The notes below the pieces were generated by a model. The model was not told the origin of the DNA. It did not search any database and saw nothing but the letters and a program-made list of their open reading frames with translations. Shown piece after piece: positions 1 through 8,610 of a stretch of DNA of 64,000 nt. The stretch's first letter is position 1. Every line of letters begins with the position of its first letter. The position numbers and the translations under genes are program-made. The stretch comes from an uncultured virus (IMG/VR IMGVR_UViG_3300042691_014085) (Duplodnaviria; Heunggongvirae; Uroviricota; Caudoviricetes): IMG/VR virus record IMGVR_UViG_3300042691_014085, positions 1 to 64,000 of that record, one strand, 5' to 3'.

Positions 1-76
1 AACAGAGGCAGTTTGAGAGTGTTCTCGCCTAATGTCCTAAGTAATAACTCTCAACTAAGAAAGGAAAACTAAGAAA

Positions 77-229
77 ATGGAAATCAGAGTAATCGTGTTT
101 GATGGCGATATCACTAGAGCAATCGCTAGAGAATCTTTCAGAAGTGTGAAAGAACTAGAAGACTTCATGGCAGTAGTGAAGCAACTAGACCCCAAAGCAA
201 AGTATTCACTATTGGAGGTAAAGAAGTGA
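77..229 (+). CDS. small early hypothetical protein (50 aa, not in ORF track)
   Basis: ATG after AGAAAGGA SD (58-65); TGA overlaps the GTG of the next ORF. Confidence 0.7.
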   Translation: MEIRVIVFDGDITRAIARESFRSVKELEDFMAVVKQLDPKAKYSLLEVKK

Positions 230-414
230 ACGAGGAACTATTAGCACCACTCTATGACCAAATGCTAGATGAAACGAATGAGCAGATAGTGATTGGGAAT
301 CTTCTGTATTCCCCGTCCGATGTTCTCAAAGCTGTTGATCCAATAGCCTATGAGCAAGGATTTCTTGATTACCTTGATTTCCTAATCACAGAAGATGAAA
401 GAAAATATCCATAA
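226..414 (+). CDS. hypothetical phage protein
   Basis: ORF with GGAGG SD; acidic small protein. Confidence 0.7.
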   Translation: MNEELLAPLYDQMLDETNEQIVIGNLLYSPSDVLKAVDPIAYEQGFLDYLDFLITEDERKYP

Positions 415-430
415 AAAATAAATAAAAAAA

Positions 431-458
431 TCGGCGTGTTGATTTGACAATGCGCCGA
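431..458 (+). terminator. GC-rich hairpin after first gene block
   Basis: TCGGCGTGTT...AATGCGCCGA imperfect inverted repeat. Confidence 0.4.
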
Positions 459-502
459 AAGCGCCCGAGGGCGAAATGTCCGTTTTGTCGGTTTACGTAC
501 GA

Positions 503-518
503 TGTGAGTTTTCTCACA
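503..518. promoter_or_regulatory. CRP/GlxR-type box
   Basis: perfect TGTGA-gttttc-TCACA upstream of promoter TTGATA(560)-N17-GATACT(583). Confidence 0.6.
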
Positions 519-619
519 AAACTTTTTTTCAAAATGTCCGTTTTGATCGCATTTTGGATTTGATATTTTTCTGAGTGTGTGAGATACTTACAGAGTAACA
601 GAAAAGAAAGGGGCAAAAA

Positions 620-778
620 ATGCTCACTGAAAAAAGGCTAGACATACTTATCCACGAATATAATGACGGGGGTATCCGTTCAGTATTTGGACTAACTAAC
701 TTTGAGCGAAGGGTGCTTATTCGCCACTTTGCTAAGACTAATCCTAAGTGCCCTTGTGATAAACCTCACAGGGCTTAG
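620..778 (+). CDS. small early hypothetical protein (52 aa, not in ORF track)
   Basis: ATG after AGAAAGGGG SD and promoter. Confidence 0.65.
   Translation: MLTEKRLDILIHEYNDGGIRSVFGLTNFERRVLIRHFAKTNPKCPCDKPHRA
755..770. promoter_or_regulatory. CRP/GlxR-type box
   Basis: perfect TGTGA-taaacc-TCACA upstream of TTGCTA(781)-N17-TAGACT(804). Confidence 0.6.
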
Positions 779-838
779 GCTTGCTATAAATAACTAAATC
801 CGCTAGACTTGCTACATAACCTAAAGAAAGGGGCTAAA

Positions 839-1006
839 ATGCCTACTTATACACTAACCGCAGAGTTTCACATTGAGGCAGACTTTGACGAGTTTCTATC
901 ACATGAAGAAAACTATGAGAATCTAATGATTCACATTGGAAACTCTCTACAGAATCCCGCTTTGGGAATCAACCTAATCAAAGTTACAGAAATAGAGGCA
1001 GACTAA
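839..1006 (+). CDS. hypothetical protein
   Basis: start moved to ATG 839 behind AGAAAGGGG SD. Confidence 0.7.
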   Translation: MPTYTLTAEFHIEADFDEFLSHEENYENLMIHIGNSLQNPALGINLIKVTEIEAD

Positions 1007-1118
1007 TGAATCTTGATGAATTCCGCCAATATGTAACGGCACAACGAAAAGAATCTATGGCGCAAGCCCTGACAGCCCTAACCGCTACAATAAATAACCC
1101 AACAGAAAAGGACAGCAA

Positions 1119-1319
1119 ATGAAAATCAGACACTCACTAGAGTTTGAAACTGAGTTTATCGGAGAATATGCGGAGACTATAATCTCACGCTATTCAGAAG
1201 AGCAAATAAATCACATTCTAGTTTCTATGCTTCACGACTTGGTAGTTCCTAGACTCCAACCAACACTAGACGAAATCAACGAAAACGGCTCATGGGCTAT
1301 TCTTAGGGTGGTAAAGTAG
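1119..1319 (+). CDS. hypothetical protein
   Basis: ORF with AAAGGA SD. Confidence 0.7.
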   Translation: MKIRHSLEFETEFIGEYAETIISRYSEEQINHILVSMLHDLVVPRLQPTLDEINENGSWAILRVVK

Positions 1320-1510
1320 TGATGACTAGAAAAGACTACATAAAAACCGCAGACATTCTAAAATCATTCTCGCAGGAGATTCATCCGCAAGTGTTTGAGG
1401 ATATTGTAGACATGTTCGCAGAATACTTTCATGGCGATAATGAAAACTTTGATAAAGCAAAGTTTGAAAAGCGTTGTGGTGTAGATGAGTTAGGACTCAT
1501 TGACGCATAA
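1319..1510 (+). CDS. hypothetical phage protein (MTRKDY..A..L type)
   Basis: coupled ORF; N-terminus and NENFD..KF motif typical of small phage early proteins. Confidence 0.7.
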   Translation: MMTRKDYIKTADILKSFSQEIHPQVFEDIVDMFAEYFHGDNENFDKAKFEKRCGVDELGLIDA

Positions 1511-1665
1511 TGTGGATTAGCCAAATAGCGACGCTAGCAACTCTTTTCATTCTTGCTTATAGTTTGACAGAGTTGTTAGCGATCCATACCGCCGAAAAAA
1601 TTGAAAAGAAAAATGTAGGAAAACAAACTAACTGGGATTAGACACGCCCGACTGCGCCCGAGGCG

Positions 1666-1686
1666 TTTTCCACAGGTTTATCCACA
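1666..1686 (+). promoter_or_regulatory. two DnaA boxes
   Basis: TTTTCCACA 1666-1674 and consensus TTATCCACA 1678-1686, next to a near-perfect CRP box at 1689-1704. Confidence 0.55.
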
Positions 1687-1803
1687 GCTGTGATTTACGT
1701 TACACTTTACGGCTTTCCCGAAACTTTTCCCAAAATTCGGCGTGTCGTTTTGATATTGTCGTAGGGCTGTGATAGGTTTGTCTTATTGGACGAAAGGAAA
1801 ACT

Positions 1804-1992
1804 ATGACCAACTGTATTATCTGTTCAGATTCAGGAGAGGTGTTCTACCTGTTTGATGATGAGTATGCTATTGAGTATTGCTCATGCGAGGCAGGATTTG
1901 AGAAATATGAGGAGCATGAGTTATACTTGCTTGATTCATTGTTAGAGCCTGTTACCGCAGGACAACTATTCACAACACCAGAAGCACGATAG
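1804..1992 (+). CDS. small Cys-containing hypothetical protein
   Basis: ATG 1804 behind CGAAAGGA; CxxC...CxC. Confidence 0.65.
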   Translation: MTNCIICSDSGEVFYLFDDEYAIEYCSCEAGFEKYEEHELYLLDSLLEPVTAGQLFTTPEAR

Positions 1993-2004
1993 AGAGGAAA
2001 TAAA

Positions 2005-2304
2005 ATGGGAAGCAACTTAGCAAATGAAATGGCAGATGGGACACTTTCTGACTTGGGTATCATGCTAGATATGGAAACACAGATGAGGATTCACCTGACT
2101 TCTAATCTATACCCTCCCGTCCCCACTATCATGATTCAGCCATGTATTGAGGCTATTGATGCCGTCAATGACGCAGGGCTTTGGAACTTGGAGATTCCAC
2201 TACCAGAAGGCGTGTTCTACAAATACCAGAATACTGCCCCTGCTCATGCTATTATTGAGAACCACCGCCTAGAGGCTTGGATTATTGAGAGAGAGGAAAT
2301 CTAA
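2005..2304 (+). CDS. hypothetical phage protein
   Basis: ORF with GAGAGG SD. Confidence 0.75.
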   Translation: MGSNLANEMADGTLSDLGIMLDMETQMRIHLTSNLYPPVPTIMIQPCIEAIDAVNDAGLWNLEIPLPEGVFYKYQNTAPAHAIIENHRLEAWIIEREEI

Positions 2305-2514
2305 ATGGAATACGCATACGCACTAACAACTTGGTATGACGATGAACTTGTATCAACACTTAGACTTCATGACTTCATGGAGGCTCATGATGCTTGGGCT
2401 AAGTGTAAGGACTATGGAAATGCGAAGGTATATGCTAGATATAATCTAACAGACCCAACAGGTAAAATGTTCACTAAGACTTTCTATGCGAATGGCGAGG
2501 TAGTTATAAAATGA
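2305..2514 (+). CDS. hypothetical protein
   Basis: coupled ORF. Confidence 0.7.
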   Translation: MEYAYALTTWYDDELVSTLRLHDFMEAHDAWAKCKDYGNAKVYARYNLTDPTGKMFTKTFYANGEVVIK

Positions 2515-2738
2515 CTGCTACAATAAACGACATGGAAACACGCTTTGCAGATCTCCTCTATCCTAATCAATTGATGGAGGGCGATCTAATCAAGGTTGAA
2601 GGTGAATTCTTCACTATCAAGAGTATCAATGAAGGCGATGAAGGGTGTAATGTCGCTATGCTTGATGAATATGAAGAAGTTATTGAAACATTCTTCTTTG
2701 ATGATGAGCAAGTTGAACTCTATGTATATGTAGAGTAA
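2511..2738 (+). CDS. hypothetical protein, possible SH3/KOW-like beta fold
   Basis: L.EGD.I.V.G pattern. Confidence 0.65.
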   Translation: MTATINDMETRFADLLYPNQLMEGDLIKVEGEFFTIKSINEGDEGCNVAMLDEYEEVIETFFFDDEQVELYVYVE

Positions 2739-2864
2739 AAGCTCCCCAAAGGGGCCCCGAGCCGTTTTGTCCGTTTTGCCCCCTTTACGTAGAAACACCT
2801 ATTTACGGCAAGTTGATATTTTTTCCCGAATCTGCTAAGCTTGGTTTATTCAGAAAGGGACACC

Positions 2865-3578
2865 ATGCTAAAAAGATCTATGGACAGAAAAGTTACTAAT
2901 GCCGTTTCACCTAATGGCAAGACACCTACTATTGCTAACACTTTCGGTCTACCCGCAGGAAAAGAATATTCATGTCCTGGACAGACACCTACATGCGCCA
3001 AAGTATGTTATGCGGGTAAGCTAGAAAAAATCTACAAAGGCGTTAGGGATGTTCTAATGCATAACTGGAATCTATTGAAAGATGAAGATATTCAAGGCAT
3101 GTATTCTCTACTTTCAGATATGATTGCAGAATTCAAGAAAGATTGTGTAAAGCGTAATGCTAAAATGTTATTCCGCATTCATTGGGACGGTGACTTCTTT
3201 AGTGATGAATATGCACGTGCATGGCGTTTAGTTATTGAAGAACAGCCTGACATTCAATTTTGGGTATATACACGTGTAGCTTCTGCAGCTAATATCCTCA
3301 AGGGTATTGATAACTTATCCTTATACTTCTCAACAGATCAAGATAACAAAGACATTGCCGTTACCCTCGCTAGCAAAGAAATAAGATTGGCATACCTTGC
3401 TGACACTTTCGCAATAGGGCAGGCAGACATGAAAGAGATGATTGGCAGGGTAGGGGCTAAGTGTCCTGAGAATAAGAAAGCTATTCCTCTCATATCAGAA
3501 AAGGGATCTGCTTGCGTATCGTGTGGCTTGTGCGTTTACCAAAAATCTGATATAGTGTTTAGCGCAAAGAAGAAATAA
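2865..3578 (+). CDS. Gp88-family radical-SAM-like Fe-S protein
   Basis: CPGQTPTCAKVCYA cluster motif, FRIHWDGDF, FWVYTR, C-terminal CPE..ACVSCGLC; start behind CAGAAAGGGA. Confidence 0.75.
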   Translation: MLKRSMDRKVTNAVSPNGKTPTIANTFGLPAGKEYSCPGQTPTCAKVCYAGKLEKIYKGVRDVLMHNWNLLKDEDIQGMYSLLSDMIAEFKKDCVKRNAKMLFRIHWDGDFFSDEYARAWRLVIEEQPDIQFWVYTRVASAANILKGIDNLSLYFSTDQDNKDIAVTLASKEIRLAYLADTFAIGQADMKEMIGRVGAKCPENKKAIPLISEKGSACVSCGLCVYQKSDIVFSAKKK

Positions 3579-3755
3579 GGGGGGCTATGCTAGAAGTAGT
3601 AATCCTAGGTCTAATATTCCTCATGCTATTGGGCTTGGGGGACAACAAGTGAATAATCTCAAAATATGAGAAATATCAGAAATAACTTGACGGACACAAA
3701 TGAATAATGCGATAATAATACTATGGCAACAACAACAAACAAAGGAGAAAGAAAA

Positions 3756-3926
3756 ATGGCAGTATCAGTAGCAACCTACAAGGTAGGCGATACCTACACC
3801 TCTCAAAAGAGCAAGGTCACAGGTATCATCAAGGAAATCATCCCAACAGACAAGAACACAGTTCGTGTGAAGTTGGATGTTGAGGGTAAGGTTCGTTGGA
3901 CTACTTGGAAGAACAAGTCTAACTAG
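3756..3926 (+). CDS. small basic SH3/KOW-like protein
   Basis: YKVGD...VTG.I pattern; paralog of 4532-4699. Confidence 0.7.
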   Translation: MAVSVATYKVGDTYTSQKSKVTGIIKEIIPTDKNTVRVKLDVEGKVRWTTWKNKSN

Positions 3927-3943
3927 TTTAGCAAACGCTAACG

Positions 3944-3974
3944 CCACCTGAGCAAGTGGAGGATAAACTGCTCA
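3944..3974 (+). ncRNA. 3'-UTR H-type pseudoknot, copy 1
   Basis: CCAC/GTGG stem, TGAGCA/TGCTCA second stem, TAAAC linker. Confidence 0.7.
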
Positions 3975-4035
3975 ACTTGATTTTATCTTGGCAAAATGCT
4001 AAGATTTATACCACCAAACAGAAAGGGAAAAACAA

Positions 4036-4458
4036 ATGGCAAGAAGCAAACCGATTAGCGTGAAAATCGCTACTGCTAAGGTTATCAAAGCCTTAGAAAC
4101 TAAGTTGGCACAAATCAAGGCTGACTATGCTAAGCAAGATGAGAACGAGGCTAAGTATAAGAAGGCTACTGAAAAGTGGGAAAAGGAAGTTGCTAAGTTA
4201 GCCGTATCACAAATCGCTAAGGCTAAAAATCTTCGCACAAGTTATCGTGCTTGGAATAATAATCTCAATGTTGATTTTGACTTAGACCTCAATGGGCTTG
4301 ATTTTCCAGAGCAACCTGAGCGTGAGCATGAGCAAATCCACCGCCACTCATATAACGAGATGGTAGAGGAACTTGAGAACGCTATTCGTATTCTCAAAAT
4401 GACGGATGAGGAAACAGTTTCCACATCTACATATAACGCTATCGCTCGTTATCTCTAA
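4036..4458 (+). CDS. hypothetical coiled-coil phage protein
   Basis: own promoter, ACAGAAAGGGA SD. Confidence 0.8.
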   Translation: MARSKPISVKIATAKVIKALETKLAQIKADYAKQDENEAKYKKATEKWEKEVAKLAVSQIAKAKNLRTSYRAWNNNLNVDFDLDLNGLDFPEQPEREHEQIHRHSYNEMVEELENAIRILKMTDEETVSTSTYNAIARYL

Positions 4459-4467
4459 ACGAGATTT

Positions 4468-4500
4468 GGTGCTGGGTATCACCTAAGGTAAAACTGCCCA
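4468..4500 (+). ncRNA. 3'-UTR H-type pseudoknot, copy 2
   Basis: GGTG/CACC stem, TGGGTA/TGCCCA second stem. Confidence 0.7.
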
Positions 4501-4531
4501 CAACAAAACACCTAACAGAAAGGAAAAGCAA

Positions 4532-4699
4532 ATGACTCTAGGAGGATACACATATCAGGTAGGAGATCTCTTCACTACTAGCAAAGTGGGAGTAACTGGA
4601 AGAATCAACTCTTTCACACCTATCCGTAGAAATGTAACTCGTGTAGGTCTAACACTTAGCAACGGCGCAAAGCGTTTCGCTATGGTAAAAACTTACTAA
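4532..4699 (+). CDS. small SH3/KOW-like protein (55 aa, not in ORF track)
   Basis: MTLGGYTYQVGDLFTTSKVGVTGRI...; ACAGAAAGGA SD; paralog of 3756-3926. Confidence 0.75.
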   Translation: MTLGGYTYQVGDLFTTSKVGVTGRINSFTPIRRNVTRVGLTLSNGAKRFAMVKTY

Positions 4700-4706
4700 A
4701 ACTAAA

Positions 4707-4734
4707 AGTCCTGAGCATGACTATAAACTGCTCA
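4707..4734 (+). ncRNA. 3'-UTR H-type pseudoknot, copy 3
   Basis: AGTC/GACT stem, TGAGCA/TGCTCA second stem. Confidence 0.7.
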
Positions 4735-4762
4735 CTTCCCCGCCAAATGGGGCCCGAGCTCT

Positions 4763-4778
4763 TGTGATCCTTCTCACA
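4763..4778. promoter_or_regulatory. CRP/GlxR-type box
   Basis: perfect TGTGA-tccttc-TCACA upstream of TTGTAT(4799)-N17-TAAACT(4822). Confidence 0.6.
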
Positions 4779-4853
4779 CGGGGGCTTTACGGGATAAGTT
4801 GTATTTTTCCCAGATTAGTGCTAAACTTGGTATATACAGAAAGGAAACCACCA

Positions 4854-5117
4854 ATGAGCGCAACAGCGTTAGCAATAGCAGAAGCAAGCAAGGAAGCATT
4901 ACATTCACCAGATGTAGTAAGCGCAGTCAAATACATATTAGAGAATAAGAATATTCTTTCTGAAGAAGAAATGATGAGAGAAATGTTTGTTTACTCAACA
5001 CATCTAACAGCACTAACAGCACATCTTGTTACATCAGTATTATTGACTGAGGAACAGTTTGACGCTATGCTTGATGAGGTTAGAGAGTTTGATGAACTTG
5101 GAAAGGAAATGGAATAA
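4854..5117 (+). CDS. hypothetical protein
   Basis: start moved to ATG 4854 behind ACAGAAAGGA. Confidence 0.75.
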   Translation: MSATALAIAEASKEALHSPDVVSAVKYILENKNILSEEEMMREMFVYSTHLTALTAHLVTSVLLTEEQFDAMLDEVREFDELGKEME

Positions 5118-5575
5118 TGCAAGACACACAACTAACAACACTGTACGTCAACTATCTCGTGGAGGGCTTGGAGCAAAAACCTACTGGAGAGATTGTGCAC
5201 CATATGCTTACTAAGCATGACATCAATGAGATGTTTCGTAAGAAGCAGTTTACTGAGTCATTCCTAGCAGCCGCTGAAAAAAAGTTAGCACAGATTCAAG
5301 ACAATCTAACTGCAGATGGCTGGTATAACTCTGATACCTCAAAAGAAGACGTTCTTAGTCAACTTTGCGAGATTATTGGCTATGAAGCAAAAACAACTCT
5401 CAACTGGGTTGCAACAATCAAAGTTGAAGGCAGCACTGAGGTACCGCTGAATGAAGTTGATTCATTTGATTTGCGTTATTTCTTGAATGATGATTTGACG
5501 GTAGACATTTACCATGGCGATACCGTTATCAACTCTCACTATGTTGATGACATAGATATGGAGGAATGGGAGTAA
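5117..5575 (+). CDS. hypothetical acidic protein
   Basis: coupled ORF. Confidence 0.75.
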   Translation: MQDTQLTTLYVNYLVEGLEQKPTGEIVHHMLTKHDINEMFRKKQFTESFLAAAEKKLAQIQDNLTADGWYNSDTSKEDVLSQLCEIIGYEAKTTLNWVATIKVEGSTEVPLNEVDSFDLRYFLNDDLTVDIYHGDTVINSHYVDDIDMEEWE

Positions 5576-5731
5576 CAAATAATCTTGGGCCCTGGGATCT
5601 GTGGTGGTGTCCTGGGGCCCCCGCTAATTAACTCGGGGGCGATTTGTCCTATATGTCCGATTTACGATTTACGATTTGTATTCCCAGATTTTGTGTGCTA
5701 AGATTGCTATAACTAACAGAAAGGTAATAAA

Positions 5732-6748
5732 ATGGCTCATGAACTAGAAACTCAAAACGGTGTTGCATCTTTTGCATCTTTCCGTGAACCTGCATGGCAT
5801 GGTTTAGGAACAGTATTTACAGAAGAAAAGAACACCGCAGAAATGTTGGCTGCTGCTAACCTAAATAACTGGAATGTTCGTCTTGTAGATGTTGAGATTC
5901 CTAACACCCTTACATCAGATAAGTCTTATCAATATGTTGTAAGAACTAATCCTACTAACAATAACCAGACAGATGTTTTGGGTGTTGTAGGTGAGCGATA
6001 TGTTCCATTGCAGAATGAAGACCTATTCGCATTTGGCGATAACATTCTAGATGGTGGCGGTAGATGGGAGACCGCTGGCTCAATCAAGGGTGGTCGTGTA
6101 GTATTTGGCTCTCTTGCTCTTGAGCGTGAGACAGTGCTAGACCCTAGCGGTGTTTCGGATAAGGTCAAGACTTATCTTCTCATCAACACATCACATGATG
6201 GCTCTATTGCTATTCAAGCATCTATCACGCCAGTGCGTGTTGTATGCGCTAACACTCTCAATCTTGCATTGGGTAGTAAGCGTGGCAAGAATGCAATCAA
6301 GCAATCATTCAAGATTCGTCACACACAATCTGCTAATGGTCGTGTGCAGATTGCTCGTGAGACTCTTGGTCTTGCTAATAAATACATGGATGCTTTTGAT
6401 CTCATGGCTAAGACCATGATTGAGAAAGAAATCACAGCGCAACAGTTCAACGACATTGTGCTTGCGATTTATCCTAAGCCAGAAGATGAGAAGAAAATCG
6501 CTCTCACTAAGTGGCAAAATAAGATTGACCTCATCAATGATATTTACACAGGTGAATATAACGGGATGATTGCTAACACCGCATGGGGTGCAATGAATGC
6601 TCTAACCGAAAGATTAGATTGGCATCGTTCTGCTCGTGGTGGTAGTAATGAATCCGTCCTTGCTGCTGCTTCTGGTTTTGATGCTTCTATCACTGCAGAA
6701 AAGAATCGCATATTGCAAACAGTGCAGAATGTGCTAGCGATTGCATAA
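5732..6748 (+). CDS. DUF932 / TIGR03299 phage-plasmid protein
   Basis: PAWHGLG, Y.PLQN..LF, ETAGS..GG, NTSHDGS, TPVRVVCANTL, IRHT motifs. Confidence 0.9.
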   Translation: MAHELETQNGVASFASFREPAWHGLGTVFTEEKNTAEMLAAANLNNWNVRLVDVEIPNTLTSDKSYQYVVRTNPTNNNQTDVLGVVGERYVPLQNEDLFAFGDNILDGGGRWETAGSIKGGRVVFGSLALERETVLDPSGVSDKVKTYLLINTSHDGSIAIQASITPVRVVCANTLNLALGSKRGKNAIKQSFKIRHTQSANGRVQIARETLGLANKYMDAFDLMAKTMIEKEITAQQFNDIVLAIYPKPEDEKKIALTKWQNKIDLINDIYTGEYNGMIANTAWGAMNALTERLDWHRSARGGSNESVLAAASGFDASITAEKNRILQTVQNVLAIA

Positions 6749-6758
6749 GTAAATCGCA

Positions 6759-6786
6759 ACTCCTGAGCAAGAGTATAAACTGCTCA
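6759..6786 (+). ncRNA. 3'-UTR H-type pseudoknot, copy 4
   Basis: ACTC/GAGT stem, TGAGCA/TGCTCA second stem. Confidence 0.7.
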
Positions 6787-6817
6787 CTTTTTCATGCGAT
6801 CATGGGGCCCCGAGTCG

Positions 6818-6833
6818 TGTGATTTTTGTCACA
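6818..6833. promoter_or_regulatory. CRP/GlxR-type box
   Basis: perfect TGTGA-tttttg-TCACA upstream of TTGCTT(6884)-N17-GATAAT(6907). Confidence 0.6.
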
Positions 6834-6937
6834 GCTCATTACGTACTAGATTAGATTTTTCCCAAATCTTTATTACGTTGACCTTGCTTTTTTCCCCCAA
6901 ATATGGGATAATAAAATATCTCACAGAAAGGGAAATA

Positions 6938-7093
6938 ATGCTAGGATATATAGAAACAGATGTAAGAGATATGATTGATGCTCTTGATTCTGTGCTTACG
7001 ACTATCAACTCAGATGATGACCCATGGTTATATAATAATACTTTTAGAGCCAAGGACCTATTAGAAGGTTTGTTAGCAGAGGGGCATATCTAA
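6938..7093 (+). CDS. hypothetical protein
   Basis: start moved to ATG 6938 behind ACAGAAAGGGA. Confidence 0.7.
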   Translation: MLGYIETDVRDMIDALDSVLTTINSDDDPWLYNNTFRAKDLLEGLLAEGHI

Positions 7094-7215
7094 TGCTACA
7101 GCTTGATGAGTTTATTTGTTATAACTGTCTTGAAGAAGACCTTATAGATCTAATGTGTAATACTTACGAGGGTAAATGTAATACCTGCTGTAACTGTGGG
7201 TGTGGACATATCTAA
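7093..7215 (+). CDS. Cys-rich microprotein (40 aa, 8 Cys; not in ORF track)
   Basis: TAATG coupling; MLQLDEFICYNC...KCNTCCNCGCGHI. Confidence 0.55.
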   Translation: MLQLDEFICYNCLEEDLIDLMCNTYEGKCNTCCNCGCGHI

Positions 7216-7437
7216 TGTGGGGTAAGTCACACTCCTATACCTTGCCAAATACCACCAAATATGCGATACTTGGAATATCAAACAGAAAGGATATAACATG
7301 GATGTAATAGTCACTATTTGCTACTCTACTGATGACGAGGATGTAAATGCCTCTGTGTCTAGTCTCTTAGACAATACCCTGCCTTATATGGCAGACAATG
7401 TAGATGTTGTCTGGAACATTATTGGAGAAGATAACTA

Positions 7438-8169
7438 ATGCCAAACTGGGTATTCAATAATCTAATGATTCAGGATTCAAACCCTGAAACTGTTCATCTC
7501 ATCAAGGACCAACTCAATCGTCCATTTGAGAGGACATACCAGCATAACTGGAATGTACAAACACAACAGTTTGAACCTAAGACTGTAAAATATAATAATC
7601 CTATATTTTCATTCTGGAATATCAAGGCTCCTACTGATATAGAGGCTTATGAGAAGCAGACTGATTATTCTTCCCCCACCCCTTATTCAGGTAATGATTG
7701 GTATTCCTTCAATAACCGTGAATGGGGTACTAAGTGGGATGTTGCTGTGCCAGATGAAGGTGGCGATAGTGATACCTGTATGACTGACTTCAAAGCAGAC
7801 GGTGTGGATAACTGGGTGGGGTATAGATTTGATACCGCTTGGGCTCCGCCTGTACAGGCTATGTTACATCTATCTAATCAGTATCCAACTGCTGTACTAA
7901 CTCTAACTTGGGAAGAAGAGCAGGGGTTTGGTGGGGAGATAGAGTTTGTGGCAGGTGAAGTCACATCTGATATGTCTTATGAATCACGCTGTAGAGACTG
8001 TGATGAGTATGATTGTTTAGAGTATTGTGATGACTGTGGCGAGAATATTTGCAATAAATGCCACTATATGGGTGAGGTAGACCTAGAGGCAGTTGCGGAA
8101 TGCGACACTCATAAGGTATTCTTGACTCCTGAGTTTGTACCTGACTATAGATTGGAGAAACTAAAGTGA
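7438..8169 (+). CDS. DUF1281/YubB ferredoxin-like domain protein with C-terminal Cys-rich region
   Basis: MPNW.FN, WY.FN.REWGTKWD, FDTAWAPP motifs. Confidence 0.8.
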   Translation: MPNWVFNNLMIQDSNPETVHLIKDQLNRPFERTYQHNWNVQTQQFEPKTVKYNNPIFSFWNIKAPTDIEAYEKQTDYSSPTPYSGNDWYSFNNREWGTKWDVAVPDEGGDSDTCMTDFKADGVDNWVGYRFDTAWAPPVQAMLHLSNQYPTAVLTLTWEEEQGFGGEIEFVAGEVTSDMSYESRCRDCDEYDCLEYCDDCGENICNKCHYMGEVDLEAVAECDTHKVFLTPEFVPDYRLEKLK

Positions 8170-8610
8170 CCAAAGCAGAACTAAAGAAACTCATGGCTAA
8201 GTATGACTATGAGTATGATAATGACGGACAGATAATCTTCTACACAGGGTGGTATGAAACCAATGACGGAGAACTAACAACAGAGCCACAGGAGGATGAA
8301 GATGACCTTTGATGAAATGGTAGCGCAGGTGCTACCTATATTCCCTAATGCTATCTTTGGCGAGATTGACGGCGAGATTGTTGTATCAACAGGCTCACAA
8401 CTCATCAACGATGAAGTAATCCCATTAGAGGATTATAATGTCTGACCAATACATGGAATATGTCAAACTACATATGCTTAGTTTGGAACAAGACATGCAG
8501 AAGTTAGAGTCTGAGGATATTGTTCCTTATAGGCAACTGGAGGCTGCTTGGTCTACCGCTGCACATTTGCTAGCAGTATATAGTGATATCAAATACAATG
8601 GAAGGGAATC

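Noticed and set aside
3944..6786. TGAGCA...TGCTCA repeats as a CRISPR array or hammerhead/pistol ribozymes
   Set aside because: Copies are separated by whole genes; no CUGANGA/GAAA core, and the P2/P3 elements of pistol are missing
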